From: Gaiellaceae bacterium
GTDB lineage: Bacteria; Actinomycetota; Thermoleophilia; Gaiellales; Gaiellaceae
Reading direction: 5' to 3'
DNA length: 64,000 nt
Assembly: GCA_035688025.1 (NCBI GenBank)
Contig: DASSNM010000078.1
Location: 915 to 64,914, forward strand
Shown: in pieces, positions 1 through 10,672 of the stretch
How the letters are laid out: each line of letters starts with the position of its first letter
Position numbering within the stretch: the stretch's first letter is position 1
Translations under genes and position numbers: made by a program
Notes under the pieces: generated by a model
The model's input: the letters and a program-made list of their open reading frames with translations, nothing else
Told to the model about the DNA's origin: nothing
The model's database searches: none

Positions 1-323
1 ACCGGGTCGCCGATGACGTTCCAGATGCGGCCGAGCGTCTCGTCGCCGACCGGCACCGAGATCGGCGCGCCGGTGTCGACCGCCTCCGCCCCACGCGGGA
101 GCCCGTCGGTCGTGTCCATCGCGACCGCGCGGACACGGTCGTCGCCGAGATGCTGCTGCACCTCCGCGATCAGCTCACGGGTGCCGCCCTTCTCCTCGGG
201 AACCTGGATCGAGAGCGCGCTGTAGATCTCCGGGAGGTTCTCCGCGAAGACGGCGTCGAGCACGACGCCCTTGATCTCGACGACCTGTCCCTTGTTGCTG
301 CCGTTGGACTTCTTGTCTGCCAT
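1..323 (-). CDS. atpD: F0F1 ATP synthase subunit beta, N-terminal fragment (gene continues past the left edge)
   Basis: Absent from the ORF track because it is open at the window edge. Reverse-strand translation from the ATG at 323..321 reads [107 protein letters not shown]. This is a typical AtpD N-terminal barrel domain. It lies directly downstream of atpG. Confidence 0.9.
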   Translation of the reverse strand, partial: MADKKSNGSNKGQVVEIKGVVLDAVFAENLPEIYSALSIQVPEEKGGTRELIAEVQQHLGDDRVRAVAMDTTDGLPRGAEAVDTGAPISVPVGDETLGRIWNVIGDP

Positions 324-347
324 GGGTCTCCTGTGTCCGATCCGAGG

Positions 348-1237
348 TTATCCGGCGAGGGCGTCTGCCCCGGCCACGACCTCGAGGATCTCCTGCGTGA
401 TCTCTGCCTGGCGGGCCCGGTTGAGCTGAAGCGTGTACCGGTCGATCAGCTCGCCCGCGTTCTTCGACGCGTTGCGCATCGCGGTCATCTGCGACGCGAG
501 GAACGAGGCTGCCGACTCGAGCAGAGCGCGGTAGATCTCCGTCTCCAGGTAGACCGGCAGCAGCCGCTGCAGGATCTCCTCCGGCTCCGGCTCGTAGATG
601 AAGTCCGCCGACGGGCCGCCGCGCTCCTCCTGCTCCCCGCCCTCGAGCACGTCCTCCGGGATCGGCAGCAGGTCGCTCGTCGTCACGCTCTGGACGAGCG
701 CCGACACGAAGCGGTTGTAGACGAGGACGACCCGGTCGACCTCCTCCTCCGTGTACAGCTCGGCGAGCCGGTGCGCGACCGCCTGCGCGTCCGCGTACTC
801 CGGCCGGTCGCTGAACCCGGCCCACTGGCCGGCGAGCTCGTAGCGGCGGAAGCGCAGCGTCGACGCGCCCTTGCGCCCGACGACGAGCCACGTCACCTCC
901 TGGCCCTCCGCCCGCGCCTGCCGCTCCAGCTCGAACGCGCGCCGCAGCACCTGCCCGTTGAACGGGCCGGCGAGGCCGCGGTCGCCGGAGACGACGACGA
1001 TCGCCGTCCGCCGCACCTGCTCGCGCCGCTGCATCAGCGCGAGGTTCCGGAACGAGGACGCCGCCCGCGCCGTGCCGACCATCAGCTCCTGCATCCGGTC
1101 GGCGTACGGGCGCATCTCCTCGATCCGCGTCTGCGCGCGGCGCAGGCGGGCGCCGGCGACCAGCTCCATCGCCTTCGTGATCTTGCGCGTGTTCTTGACG
1201 GACGTGATCCGCCGGCGGATGTCCTGCAGGGAGGCCA

Positions 1238-1238
<1 letters not shown>
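348..1238 (-). CDS. atpG: F0F1 ATP synthase subunit gamma
   Basis: This is the 3' part of track ORF 348..2528(-). The GTG at 1238..1236 shares one base with the atpA TAG stop. The 296-aa product starts VASLQDIRRRITSVKNTRKITKAMELVAGARLRRAQ and ends NRARQAEITQEILEVVAGADALAG, both hallmark gamma-subunit termini. Confidence 0.95.
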
Positions 1239-2761
<1,523 letters not shown>

Positions 2762-2771
2762 AGCGGTCTCC

Positions 2772-3302
2772 TCACCTCTTGACGAGTTCGTGTCTCAGTC
2801 GTTCCAAACGGCCGCGGACGCTCGCGTCCACCCGCAGCGAGCCCGCCTGCAGGACGATCCCGCCGACGAGATCCGGGTCGACGCTGCGGGTCGCCTCCAC
2901 CTTGCGGCCGGCCGCCTTCTCGATCTGGCCGACGATCGCGTCCGCCTCCGCGTCCGTGAGCTCGCGCGCCGTCGTCAGCTCGACCGTGAGGCGCCGCTCC
3001 TCGCGGGCCATCAGCCGCTCGAACTCGCGCGCGACGTCCTCCAGCTCGCCCGCCCGGCCCTTCTCCGCGGCGAGCGCGAGGAAGTTCGCGAGCAGCGGGT
3101 CGTCCTCGCCGGCGAGATCCCGCAGGATCGCCGCCTTCGCGGTCGACTCGAGCTGCGGGTTGCGCAGCACGGCGCGCAGCTCCGGCGACGCCTCGACGGC
3201 GGCCGCGAAGTCCGACAGCGCCTCGTGCACCTCGGCCAGCCGGCCCGCGTCCTTCGCGGCCCCGAACAGCGCCTCGGCGTAGATGCGGTGCGCGACGGCC
3301 AC
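2772..3302 (-). CDS. atpH: F0F1 ATP synthase subunit delta (OSCP)
   Basis: Track ORF of 176 aa. The OSCP-like pattern includes [10 protein letters not shown] near the N-terminus and [23 protein letters not shown] near the C-terminus. It lies between atpF and atpA. Confidence 0.9.
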   Translation of the reverse strand: MAVAHRIYAEALFGAAKDAGRLAEVHEALSDFAAAVEASPELRAVLRNPQLESTAKAAILRDLAGEDDPLLANFLALAAEKGRAGELEDVAREFERLMAREERRLTVELTTARELTDAEADAIVGQIEKAAGRKVEATRSVDPDLVGGIVLQAGSLRVDASVRGRLERLRHELVKR

Positions 3303-3305
3303 GGG

Positions 3306-3848
3306 CTAGGCGTGCTCCTCCAGCCGCGAGAAGTCGAGGCCGGCGATTGCCTCCTCGATCAGGGCGCGGTCGCGCTCCGCGTCGAGCGTCTTGCCGACGA
3401 CCCGCGACGCCGCCTCGAGCGTGAGGTCGGCGACCTCGGAGCGGATCTGCTCCAGCGCGCGGGCGGTCTCGGCCGCGATCTCCTTGCGCGTCTCCTCGAG
3501 CCGGCGCTGACGCTCCGACTCGGTCTCCTCGCGCATGCGCTGCTCCATCGACTCCCGCGTCTTGCGCGCCTCGGCGAGGATCTGCTCCGCCTCGCCGCGG
3601 GCCTGCCCGATCAGCTGCTTGTGCTCCTCGAGCAGCTTGCGCGCCTCGTCGCGGGCGTCGTCCGCCGCCTCGAGGGCGGTGCGGATCGCCTCGCGGCGCT
3701 CGTCGATCATGGTCTGGATCGGGCCGAACGCGTAGCGCTTCAGCACGAAGAAGACGATCACGAAGAAGACGATCGTCCAGATCATCAGGCCCGGGATGAT
3801 CTTCGTCAGGGGGCTGGACGCCCCCAGGAGCGGCGCGACGTGGAGCAT
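3306..3848 (-). CDS. atpF: F0F1 ATP synthase subunit b
   Basis: Uses the internal ATG of track ORF 3306..3929, which shares one base with the atpE TGA (TGATG). It has one N-terminal TM helix (IIPGLMIWTIVFFVIVFFVL) followed by a long charged helical region (EAADDARDEARKLLEEHKQLIGQARGEAEQIL...). Confidence 0.9.
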   Translation of the reverse strand: MLHVAPLLGASSPLTKIIPGLMIWTIVFFVIVFFVLKRYAFGPIQTMIDERREAIRTALEAADDARDEARKLLEEHKQLIGQARGEAEQILAEARKTRESMEQRMREETESERQRRLEETRKEIAAETARALEQIRSEVADLTLEAASRVVGKTLDAERDRALIEEAIAGLDFSRLEEHA

Positions 3849-4108
3849 CAGGAAACGAGGACGAAGCCGAGGAAGCCGCCGACGAGGCCGTAGAACACGA
3901 CCGCCTCGGTCAGCGCGAACCCGAGCCACATGATCCCCTGCAGCTCGCCGCGCAGCTCCGGCTGCCGGGCGACCGACTGGATCATGGATGCGAAGACGGT
4001 GCCGATGCCGATGCCGGCGCCGAGCGAGCCGAGGCCCATGCCGACGCCGAACCCGAGCGCCTTCGCGGCCTTGACGATGTCTGCGGATGCAGCGAGCAGG
4101 TGAACCAC
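3848..4108 (-). CDS. atpE: F0F1 ATP synthase subunit c (proteolipid)
   Basis: Track ORF of 86 aa. It forms a two-helix hairpin with a Gly-rich helix 1 (GMGLGSLGAGIGIGTVF), an RQPE loop and the carboxylate helix GFALTEAVVFYGLV. Confidence 0.95.
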   Translation of the reverse strand: MVHLLAASADIVKAAKALGFGVGMGLGSLGAGIGIGTVFASMIQSVARQPELRGELQGIMWLGFALTEAVVFYGLVGGFLGFVLVS

Positions 4109-4118
4109 GAACTCCTCC

Positions 4119-4937
4119 TTAGTGCCCCGGCTCGATCGCCGAGCCGATGTAGATGGCGGTGAGAGCGGCGAAGATGAACGCCTGGATGGTGACGACGATG
4201 ACGACCTCGAAGATGTAGAACGCGATCCCGATCGGCAGCGAGAAGACGATCGTCACCCAGAAGGTGACCCCGCTGAGGATGAAGAGCAGGCCGATCGAGA
4301 CGAGGATCAGCATGTGCCCGGCGAGCATGTTCGCGTAGAGCCGGACGCTCAGGCTGACGACGCGGAAGACGTGCGAGATCGTCTCCAGGATCGCCATGAA
4401 CGGCACCATGAACGGCGGCACGCCCGCGGGGACGAAGCTCTTGAAGTACGGCAGCCCGTTGTAGCGGACGCCCTCCACGTGGGTGAAGATCACGCTCAGC
4501 AGCGCGAGCACGAGCGTGACCGACAGCTGCGACGTGACCGCGTAGATGCCCCAGGTCGGGACCCCGTGCCACGTCTCGCCGGTCAGCGGCAGCGGGATGA
4601 ACCCGACCATGTTCATCGTGAAGATGAAGAGGAAGAGCGTCGCGACGTACGGGAACCAGCGCCCGATCGCCTTCGACGGCAGGCCCTGCTCGGCGATCTG
4701 CGTCTGCGCGATCTCGTAGATCGCCTCGCCGATCGTCTGGCGCTTGCTCGGCAGCAGCGCGAGCCGGCTGCGCATCGTGAAGATCCCGAGCAGGATCGTC
4801 AGCAGCGCCGAGATCGCGAGGTAGACGACCGCCTTGTTGATCGACATGTCGATCGGGCCGAGGTGGATCCCGATCCATTGCTTCAGCTCGAACTCGTTCG
4901 CCGGGTTGAACGTCTCCGCGAGCACGGCCGCGATCAC
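4119..4937 (-). CDS. atpB: F0F1 ATP synthase subunit a
   Basis: This is the 3' part of track ORF 4119..5597. The GTG at 4937 forms a GTGA overlap with the upstream gene's stop. The 272-aa polytopic protein carries the a-subunit motif SLSVRLYANMLAGH, which contains the essential Arg. Confidence 0.93.
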   Translation of the reverse strand: MIAAVLAETFNPANEFELKQWIGIHLGPIDMSINKAVVYLAISALLTILLGIFTMRSRLALLPSKRQTIGEAIYEIAQTQIAEQGLPSKAIGRWFPYVATLFLFIFTMNMVGFIPLPLTGETWHGVPTWGIYAVTSQLSVTLVLALLSVIFTHVEGVRYNGLPYFKSFVPAGVPPFMVPFMAILETISHVFRVVSLSVRLYANMLAGHMLILVSIGLLFILSGVTFWVTIVFSLPIGIAFYIFEVVIVVTIQAFIFAALTAIYIGSAIEPGH

Positions 4938-5326
4938 GACAGCTTCTCCCCGGAGAAGTACTCGAGCAGCGAGATCCCGAGCGAGAGCGAGTACGCGAGC
5001 CCGTAGACGACGACGCCCGCGATCCCGGTCGGCTTGTCGGCGACCGCGACGATCAGCAGCACGATCATCACGCCGATGCCCCGGAACGAGTGCGCGAGCG
5101 CGACCAGCCCCGACGCGGCCAGATGGTCGGCGCCCGTCGGCAGCTTCGCCAGCCAGAGCCCGAGCGCCTCGCCGGCCGCGTAGAGCACCGCGGCGAGCGC
5201 CCAGCCGGCGAGCGGGAAGCCGCCGACGAGGAACACCGGCAGCGCGACCACGACCACCCCGGCGCCCGCGAGCGCGGGAACACGGCGTCCCGGGACGGGG
5301 CGCGGCGTGTCCAGCAGCCCGGCCAT
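4934..5326 (-). CDS. AtpI-like small membrane protein of the atp operon
   Basis: Uses an internal ATG of track ORF 4934..5458, giving 130 aa (MAGLLDTPRP...). It has about 4 hydrophobic helices. It sits immediately upstream of atpB and is translationally coupled to it (GTGA). The call rests on position and topology only. Confidence 0.6.
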   Translation of the reverse strand: MAGLLDTPRPVPGRRVPALAGAGVVVVALPVFLVGGFPLAGWALAAVLYAAGEALGLWLAKLPTGADHLAASGLVALAHSFRGIGVMIVLLIVAVADKPTGIAGVVVYGLAYSLSLGISLLEYFSGEKLS

Positions 5327-5529
5327 CACGAGAAGTAGCCCTTGAAGCGGCGGTAGACGGCGAAGACGCCGGCCGGCAGGCCGACCACGACCCCGGCGAG
5401 GGCGCCGTAGCCGGTGTTCCCGGCCGCCCAGCCGGCGAGCGCGCCGCCGCCGCCGCACATGCCGACGGTGCCAGCGAGAATCGCGCCCGCCTCTGCCGGG
5501 GCGAAGTTCGAGCGATCAGGGGCCTGCAT
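5326..5529 (-). CDS. AtpZ/ATPase_gene1-like small membrane protein
   Basis: Uses an internal ATG of track ORF 5326..5604, giving 67 aa (MQAPDRSNFAPAEAGAILAGTVGMCGGGGALAGWAAGNTGYGALAGVVVGLPAGVFAVYRRFKGYFS). It has two Gly-rich helices. It is the first gene of the atp operon, with an ATGA overlap onto the next ORF. Confidence 0.55.
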   Translation of the reverse strand: MQAPDRSNFAPAEAGAILAGTVGMCGGGGALAGWAAGNTGYGALAGVVVGLPAGVFAVYRRFKGYFS

Positions 5530-5566
5530 CCGGGCGCGAGAATAGCAGCATGCGAGGAGTGAGTTT

Positions 5567-6295
5567 GTGACAGCCGAAACCCGCACGGGAAAAGCACATC
5601 GCATCGTGCTCGTTCACGGCAGCGTCGTGAACGGCGAGACCACCTGGACGGCCCAGGAACCGCTCGCCGACGACTTCGAGCTCGTCGTCCCGAACCGCCC
5701 CGGCTTCCCGCCCGGACCCGAGGTCGAGCAGGTCGACTGGGAACGCGACGCCGTCTGGCTCGAGCCGTTCCTCGGGCCGGGCGCCCATCTCGTCGGGCAC
5801 TCCTACGGCGGCGTCGTCGCCCTCGTCGCCGCGGCGCGGCGCCCCGAGCTCGTCCGCTCGCTCACCGTCGTCGAGCCGCCCGCGTTCGCGATCGCCCGCG
5901 GCGTGCCCGAGGTCGACGCGGCCGTCGCGGAGGGCGACCGGCTCTGGCGCGACGGCCCGGACGACGCGGAGGCGTTCCTGCGCCTGTTCATGGCCTGGGT
6001 CGGCGCTCCCGTCCCGCCCGGGCGGCTCTCGCCGGCGCTGCTGCAGGGAGCACGGGCGCTCCGGCGCGAACGGCTGCCGTGGACGGCCGAGATCCCGCTC
6101 GACGCGCTCGCGGCGGCGCCGTTCCCGATCCTCGCCGTCTCCGGCGCCCACTCGGCCGCGTTCGACGCCGTCTGCGACGTGCTCGCCGACCGCTGCCGCG
6201 CGATCCGGGCCGTCCTGCCCGGCGCCGGCCACTCGGTGCAGCGACTCGGCGAGCCGTTCAACAAACTGCTCGCCTCGTTCGTCTCAGCGACGTAA
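5567..6295 (+). CDS. alpha/beta-fold hydrolase
   Basis: Track ORF of 242 aa with a GTG start. It has an HG oxyanion motif (IVLVHGS), the nucleophile elbow GHSYGG and a late His (PGAGHSVQ). Confidence 0.8.
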   Translation: MTAETRTGKAHRIVLVHGSVVNGETTWTAQEPLADDFELVVPNRPGFPPGPEVEQVDWERDAVWLEPFLGPGAHLVGHSYGGVVALVAAARRPELVRSLTVVEPPAFAIARGVPEVDAAVAEGDRLWRDGPDDAEAFLRLFMAWVGAPVPPGRLSPALLQGARALRRERLPWTAEIPLDALAAAPFPILAVSGAHSAAFDAVCDVLADRCRAIRAVLPGAGHSVQRLGEPFNKLLASFVSAT

Positions 6296-6326
6296 GGGGG
6301 TCGTCACCAGCGACAAGGAGAGAGCG

Positions 6327-7295
6327 GTGTTCACGTACGCAGGCCGGCGCTTCCTCTACAGCATCCCCGTGCTCGTGGTCTCGAGCTTCCTGAGCTTCGT
6401 CTTCGTCTCGCTCGCCGGCGACCCGATCGGGCAGCTGCGGATCATCCCCAACATCTCGCAGCAGACGCTCGCGAACCTGACCCACCAGTACCACCTCGAC
6501 GAGCCGATCCCGCTCCGCTACTGGTACTGGCTCGAGAACGTCGTCACCCACAAGTTCGGGACGTCGCTGCAGACGCTGCAGCCGATCTGGCCGGACATCA
6601 CGCGCACGTTCGGACACACCGCCGAGCTCGTCCTGCTCGCCGAAGGGATCGCGCTGCCGCTCGGCATCTTCGTCGGCGTCTACTCGGCGATCCGCCAGTA
6701 CTCCTGGCTCGACTACGTCACGACCTCGTTCAGCTTCCTCGGCTTCGCGATGCCCGTCTTCTGGCTCGCGCTGCTGCTGCAGGTCGCGTTCGTCGACCTC
6801 TACCTGCACTGGCACGTGCGGATCTTCTACACCTCGGGGCTGAACAGCCTTCCGGGCGGCTCGGCCTGGTCGCTCGACCGGCTGCAGCACCTGGCGCTGC
6901 CGGCGCTGACGCTCTGCATCGTCAACCTCGCGCTCTACAGCCGCTTCATGCGCGCGGCCATGCTCGACGTCGTCAACGCCGACTTCGTCAGGACGGCGCG
7001 CGCGAAGGGGATCCCCGAGTGGCGGGTCGTCGTCCGGCACGTCTTCCGGAACGCGCTCATCCCGCTCGTCACCGTCTGGACGCTCAACATCGGCGCCCTG
7101 CTCGGCGGCGTGATCGTGACCGAGAAGGTCTTCACGCTCGACGGGATCGGCTTCTACTTCATCTCCCGGCTCGGCGCCCTCGACGTCTACGCGGTGATGG
7201 CCTACCTGATGGTGACGGCGGTGATCGTGATCGCGTTCAACCTGATCGCGGACATCGCCTACGGGTTCCTCGACCCGCGGATCCGGTACGAGTGA
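6327..7295 (+). CDS. ABC transporter permease, DppB/OppB (peptide/nickel) type
   Basis: Track ORF of 322 aa. Both termini are typical of this family (RRFLYSIPVLVVSSFLSFVFVSLAGDPI ... ADIAYGFLDPRIRYE) and it has about 6 TM helices. A good SD (AAGGAGAG) precedes the GTG. No partner permease, ATPase or binding protein lies next to it. Confidence 0.85.
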   Translation: MFTYAGRRFLYSIPVLVVSSFLSFVFVSLAGDPIGQLRIIPNISQQTLANLTHQYHLDEPIPLRYWYWLENVVTHKFGTSLQTLQPIWPDITRTFGHTAELVLLAEGIALPLGIFVGVYSAIRQYSWLDYVTTSFSFLGFAMPVFWLALLLQVAFVDLYLHWHVRIFYTSGLNSLPGGSAWSLDRLQHLALPALTLCIVNLALYSRFMRAAMLDVVNADFVRTARAKGIPEWRVVVRHVFRNALIPLVTVWTLNIGALLGGVIVTEKVFTLDGIGFYFISRLGALDVYAVMAYLMVTAVIVIAFNLIADIAYGFLDPRIRYE

Positions 7296-7304
7296 CGGAG
7301 CGCC

Positions 7305-8471
7305 CTACGCGGAGCGCCGCAGCGGGTCGCCCGGCTCGCGGCGCTTCGCGATCGGGTTCCCGAACTTGACGATCTCGAGCAGGTAGACGACGTACACCGA
7401 GAAGCCGAGCGCGACCGCGCCGATCCCGGCCGCGAGCAGCGACGGCCAGAGATGCCAGGTGCCGTGCTCGCGGAAGGGGACGAAGCGCGTGGCGAGCGCG
7501 GCGGCCGCGAGCGACAGGCACCAGAGCCAGATCGTGACGGCGGCGCGCGCCTGCGAGAAGCCGCGGCGGAGGAAGCGGTGGTGCAGGTGCGCCTGGTCGC
7601 CGACGAAGACCCGCTCCCCGTGCTTCAGCCGGCGGAGGATGACGAAGCTCGTGTCCACGATCGGCACCGCGAGGACGAGCAGCGGGAAGAACAGGGCCAC
7701 GGTCGCCGCCGTCTTCAGCAGGCCCTGGACGGCGATCGCGCCGAGCACGTAGCCGAGCAGGAGCGCGCCCGAGTCGCCCATGAAGATCCGCGCCGGGTAG
7801 AAGTTGTGGCGGAGGAAGCCCGCGCAGGCGCCGAAGACGATCGCGGAGAGGATCGCCGCGTCCGGCTTGCCGAGCGAGAGGGCGATCACGCTGAACGTGA
7901 TCCCGGCGATCCCGGACACGCCGGCGGCGAGCCCGTCCATGCCGTCGAGGAAGTTGACCATGTTCATGATCGCGACGATCCAGAGCACGGTCAGCGGCAC
8001 GCCCGCCCACGCCGGGAGCGCGTGGATGCCGAGGAACGGGAACGTGAAGCGGTTGACCCAGACCCCGAACGCGGTCGGGACGGCGGCGGCGGCGAGCTGG
8101 CCGCCGAGCTTCTCGAACCAGCTGAGGCCGCGGAAGTCGTCGACGACGCCGACGACGACGGCGACCGCCGCGCCGAGCAGCAGCCCCCGGTTCTCGCGGC
8201 TGACGTTCAGGAACGCGAGCGACGGCACGAGCACGCCGAGGAAGAGCGCGACGCCGCCGAGCCTCGGGACCGGCTTCAGGTTGACGCGGCGTCCGCCGGG
8301 CGAGTCGACCACGCCGAGCCGGCGGGCGACGTCCCCGATCGCGGGCGTGAGGACGACGACGAGCGCGAAGGCGGCCAGCGCTCCCCAGACGACCTGCAGG
8401 TGGTCGCCGAGGTTGTCGACGACGTCGTGGCTCGTGCCGCCGGCGTCGTGGAGCAGCGAGATCGCGCCCAT
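7305..8471 (-). CDS. wecA: undecaprenyl-phosphate GlcNAc-1-phosphate transferase (MraY/WecA family, GT4 polyprenyl-P sugar-P transferase)
   Basis: This is track ORF 7305..8564 trimmed to the ATG at 8471 (MGAISLL...). It is polytopic and carries family motifs: VDDFRGL, NMVNFLDGMDGLAAG and FMGDSGALLLGY. Its position between upp and the atp operon matches the rfe/wecA position in mycobacteria. Confidence 0.85.
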   Translation of the reverse strand: MGAISLLHDAGGTSHDVVDNLGDHLQVVWGALAAFALVVVLTPAIGDVARRLGVVDSPGGRRVNLKPVPRLGGVALFLGVLVPSLAFLNVSRENRGLLLGAAVAVVVGVVDDFRGLSWFEKLGGQLAAAAVPTAFGVWVNRFTFPFLGIHALPAWAGVPLTVLWIVAIMNMVNFLDGMDGLAAGVSGIAGITFSVIALSLGKPDAAILSAIVFGACAGFLRHNFYPARIFMGDSGALLLGYVLGAIAVQGLLKTAATVALFFPLLVLAVPIVDTSFVILRRLKHGERVFVGDQAHLHHRFLRRGFSQARAAVTIWLWCLSLAAAALATRFVPFREHGTWHLWPSLLAAGIGAVALGFSVYVVYLLEIVKFGNPIAKRREPGDPLRRSA

Positions 8472-8534
8472 GCGTGGAGGGTACTTCGCCCGGCGGCGAA
8501 GGAGCCCTGCGCGCCGGGCGACCCGTCCCTTGCG

Positions 8535-8577
8535 GCCATGTCCCGGGACCAGGTCCGGGGACATGGCCGGAACGGAC
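8535..8577. repeat. 43-bp intergenic repeat, copy 1, containing a near-perfect palindrome
   Basis: The sequence is GCCATGTCCCGGGACCAGGTCCGGGGACATGGCCGGAACGGAC. Positions 8534..8568 form a 35-bp palindrome with 17-nt arms, 16/17 complementary. It lies in the upp-wecA intergenic region. Confidence 0.9.
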
Positions 8578-8626
8578 GTTTTCCCTGCTCAGAGAGCCGG
8601 CGGCCGGAAAGGACACGGCGCTTGGA

Positions 8627-8669
8627 GCCATGTCCCGGGACCAGGTCCGGGGACGTGGCCGGAACGGAC
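8627..8669. repeat. 43-bp intergenic repeat, copy 2
   Basis: Identical to copy 1 except one base (A at 8563 versus G at 8655). It lies 92 bp from copy 1 and starts 5 nt beyond the upp stop codon. Confidence 0.9.
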
Positions 8670-8674
8670 AGGCG

Positions 8675-9310
8675 CTACTTCGTGCCGTAGAGGCGGTCGC
8701 CGGCGTCGCCGAGGCCGGGGACGATGAAGCCGCGCTCGTTCAGGCCGCGGTCGACCGCGGCGCACACGACGTGCACGTCGGGGTGGCGGCGGTGCACCTC
8801 CTCGATCCCGGGCGGCGCGGCGACGATGCAGACGAGCGTCACCGAGTGCGCGCCCGCGTCCTTCACCGCCTCGATCGCGGCGCAGCTCGAGTGGCCCGTC
8901 GCGAGCATCGGGTCGAGGACGATCGCGTCGCGCTCGTCCAGGTCGACCGGGAGCTTGACGAAGTACTGCACCGCCTCGAGCGTCTCCTCGTCCCGGTAGA
9001 GGCCGATGAAGCCGACGCGCGCGCTCGACACGAGCGAGAGGACGCCGTCGAGCATCCCCATCCCCGCCCGCAGCACCGGGCAGACGGCGACCTTCTTCCC
9101 CGAGATCCGCTGCGCGGTCATCCGCTCCAGCGGCGTCTCGATCTCCGCCGGCTCGGTCGCCATGTCCTTCGTCGCCTCGTACGTCAGCAGCAGCGTGATC
9201 TCGTTCGCGAGCTTGCGGAAGTGGACGGTCGGCGTGTCCTTGTCGCGCAGGTAGCTGAGCTTGTGCCGGACGAGCGGATGCTCGACGACCGTGAGCCGGC
9301 GCTCGCTCAC
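8675..9310 (-). CDS. upp: uracil phosphoribosyltransferase
   Basis: This is the 3' part of track ORF 8675..9760. The GTG at 9310 forms a GTGA overlap with the glyA stop. The 211-aa product has [14 protein letters not shown], the PRPP loop [11 protein letters not shown] and the C-terminal [13 protein letters not shown]. Confidence 0.95.
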   Translation of the reverse strand: MSERRLTVVEHPLVRHKLSYLRDKDTPTVHFRKLANEITLLLTYEATKDMATEPAEIETPLERMTAQRISGKKVAVCPVLRAGMGMLDGVLSLVSSARVGFIGLYRDEETLEAVQYFVKLPVDLDERDAIVLDPMLATGHSSCAAIEAVKDAGAHSVTLVCIVAAPPGIEEVHRRHPDVHVVCAAVDRGLNERGFIVPGLGDAGDRLYGTK

Positions 9311-10599
9311 GCGCCGTACCGGGTGAAGCCGCGGAAGCCCGGATAGAGCGGCCGCCTGGCGCACAGCGCGTCGACCCGGCCGCGCAGCGCCTCGAGATCC
9401 GGGGCGTCGCCGAGCGCGTCGCAGATGATCCGGCCGACCTCGCGGAAGTCGTCCTCGTCGAAGCCGCGCATCGTCATCGCGGGCGTGCCGATCCGGACGC
9501 CGGAGGCGACGGTCGGCGGCCGCTCGTCGAACGGCACCGTGTTCCGGTTCGTCGTGATCCGCACCTCGTGCAGGCGATCCTCGGCGGTCTTGCCCGTCCA
9601 CTCCGAGTCGCGCAGGTCGAGCAGCATCAGGTGCGTGTCGGTGCCGCCGGTGAGCACGTCGAGCCCACCCTCCTGCAACGTCGCCGCGAGCACGTCCGCG
9701 TTCGCCCGGATCTGCGCCTGGTAGGTGCGGAAGGCGTCGCTCATCGCCACCTTGAAGCACGTCGCCTTCGCCGCGATCGTGTGCTCGAGCGGGCCGCCCT
9801 GCATCCCCGGGAACACGGCGCGGTCGACCGCCTGCGCGTGCTCCTCGCGGCAGAGGACGAAGCCGGCGCGCGGGCCCGCGAGCGTCTTGTGCGTCGTCGA
9901 GGTGACGAAGTCGCAGTGCTCGACCGGGTTCGGGTGCAGCCCGGCCGCGACGAGCCCCGCGAAGTGCGCCATGTCGCAGAGCAGCAGCGCGCCGACCTCG
10001 TCGGCGATCTCGCGGAACTTGTCCGTCTCGACCGTCCGCGGGTACGCGGAGCCGCCGCAGACGATCAGCTTCGGGCGCACCTCCTTCGCCTGGGCGAGCA
10101 CCTCGTCGTAGTCGACGAGCATCGTCTCGCGCGAGACGCCGTAGGACGCGATCTCGTAGAGGCGGCCGCTGAAGTTGACCTTCAGCCCGTGCGTGAGATG
10201 GCCGCCGTGGTCGAGGCGGAGGCCCATGATCGTGTCGCCCGGCTTCAGCACGGCCAGGTAGACCGCCATGTTCGTCTGCGCGCCCGCGTGCGGCTGAACG
10301 TTCGCGTGCTCGGCGCCGAACAGCTCCTTCGCGCGGTCGATCGCGAGCTGCTCGATCTCGTCCACGACCTCGCAGCCGCCGTAGTAGCGCTTGCCGGGGT
10401 AGCCCTCGGCGTACTTGTTCGTCGGCGTCGAGCCGACCGCCTCGAGCACGGCCGGCCAGGTGAAGTTCTCGGACGCGATCAGCTCGATCTGGCCGCGCTG
10501 CCGCTCGAGCTCGCGGCCGAGCAGGCGGGCGACGTCCGGATCCACCTCCTCGAGGCCTGCGGTGGTGAGCTGCTGGAAGGTCTCCTGCGCGACGGACAC
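9307..10599 (-). CDS. glyA: serine hydroxymethyltransferase
   Basis: Track ORF of 430 aa with a GTG start preceded by GGAGAGGAGAG. It has the PLP-lysine region [15 protein letters not shown] and shows SHMT-like sequence throughout. Confidence 0.97.
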   Translation of the reverse strand: MSVAQETFQQLTTAGLEEVDPDVARLLGRELERQRGQIELIASENFTWPAVLEAVGSTPTNKYAEGYPGKRYYGGCEVVDEIEQLAIDRAKELFGAEHANVQPHAGAQTNMAVYLAVLKPGDTIMGLRLDHGGHLTHGLKVNFSGRLYEIASYGVSRETMLVDYDEVLAQAKEVRPKLIVCGGSAYPRTVETDKFREIADEVGALLLCDMAHFAGLVAAGLHPNPVEHCDFVTSTTHKTLAGPRAGFVLCREEHAQAVDRAVFPGMQGGPLEHTIAAKATCFKVAMSDAFRTYQAQIRANADVLAATLQEGGLDVLTGGTDTHLMLLDLRDSEWTGKTAEDRLHEVRITTNRNTVPFDERPPTVASGVRIGTPAMTMRGFDEDDFREVGRIICDALGDAPDLEALRGRVDALCARRPLYPGFRGFTRYGA

Positions 10600-10672
10600 G
10601 GCGATCTCTCCTCTCCCGGGCGGTGCGAGGATCGTATGCGACCCGCCCGACGCCGAGTTGGAAGCCGGGGCG

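Noticed and set aside
10600-10672. Possible ZTP (pfl) riboswitch upstream of glyA. The minus-strand leader contains ACUCGGCG...CGGGCGG-N18-CCGCCCGGGAG just before the SD, reminiscent of the conserved CCGCCUGGGC 3' element. glyA is a known ZTP-regulated gene in Actinobacteria.
   Set aside because: Only about 25 nt separate the two conserved-looking pieces, which is too short to hold the P1/P2 subdomain and linker of the ZTP aptamer. The key U is a C, and the whole spacer is only 73 nt. It is more simply a 7-bp hairpin (CGGGCGG/CCGCCCG). A cmsearch with RF01750 would settle it.
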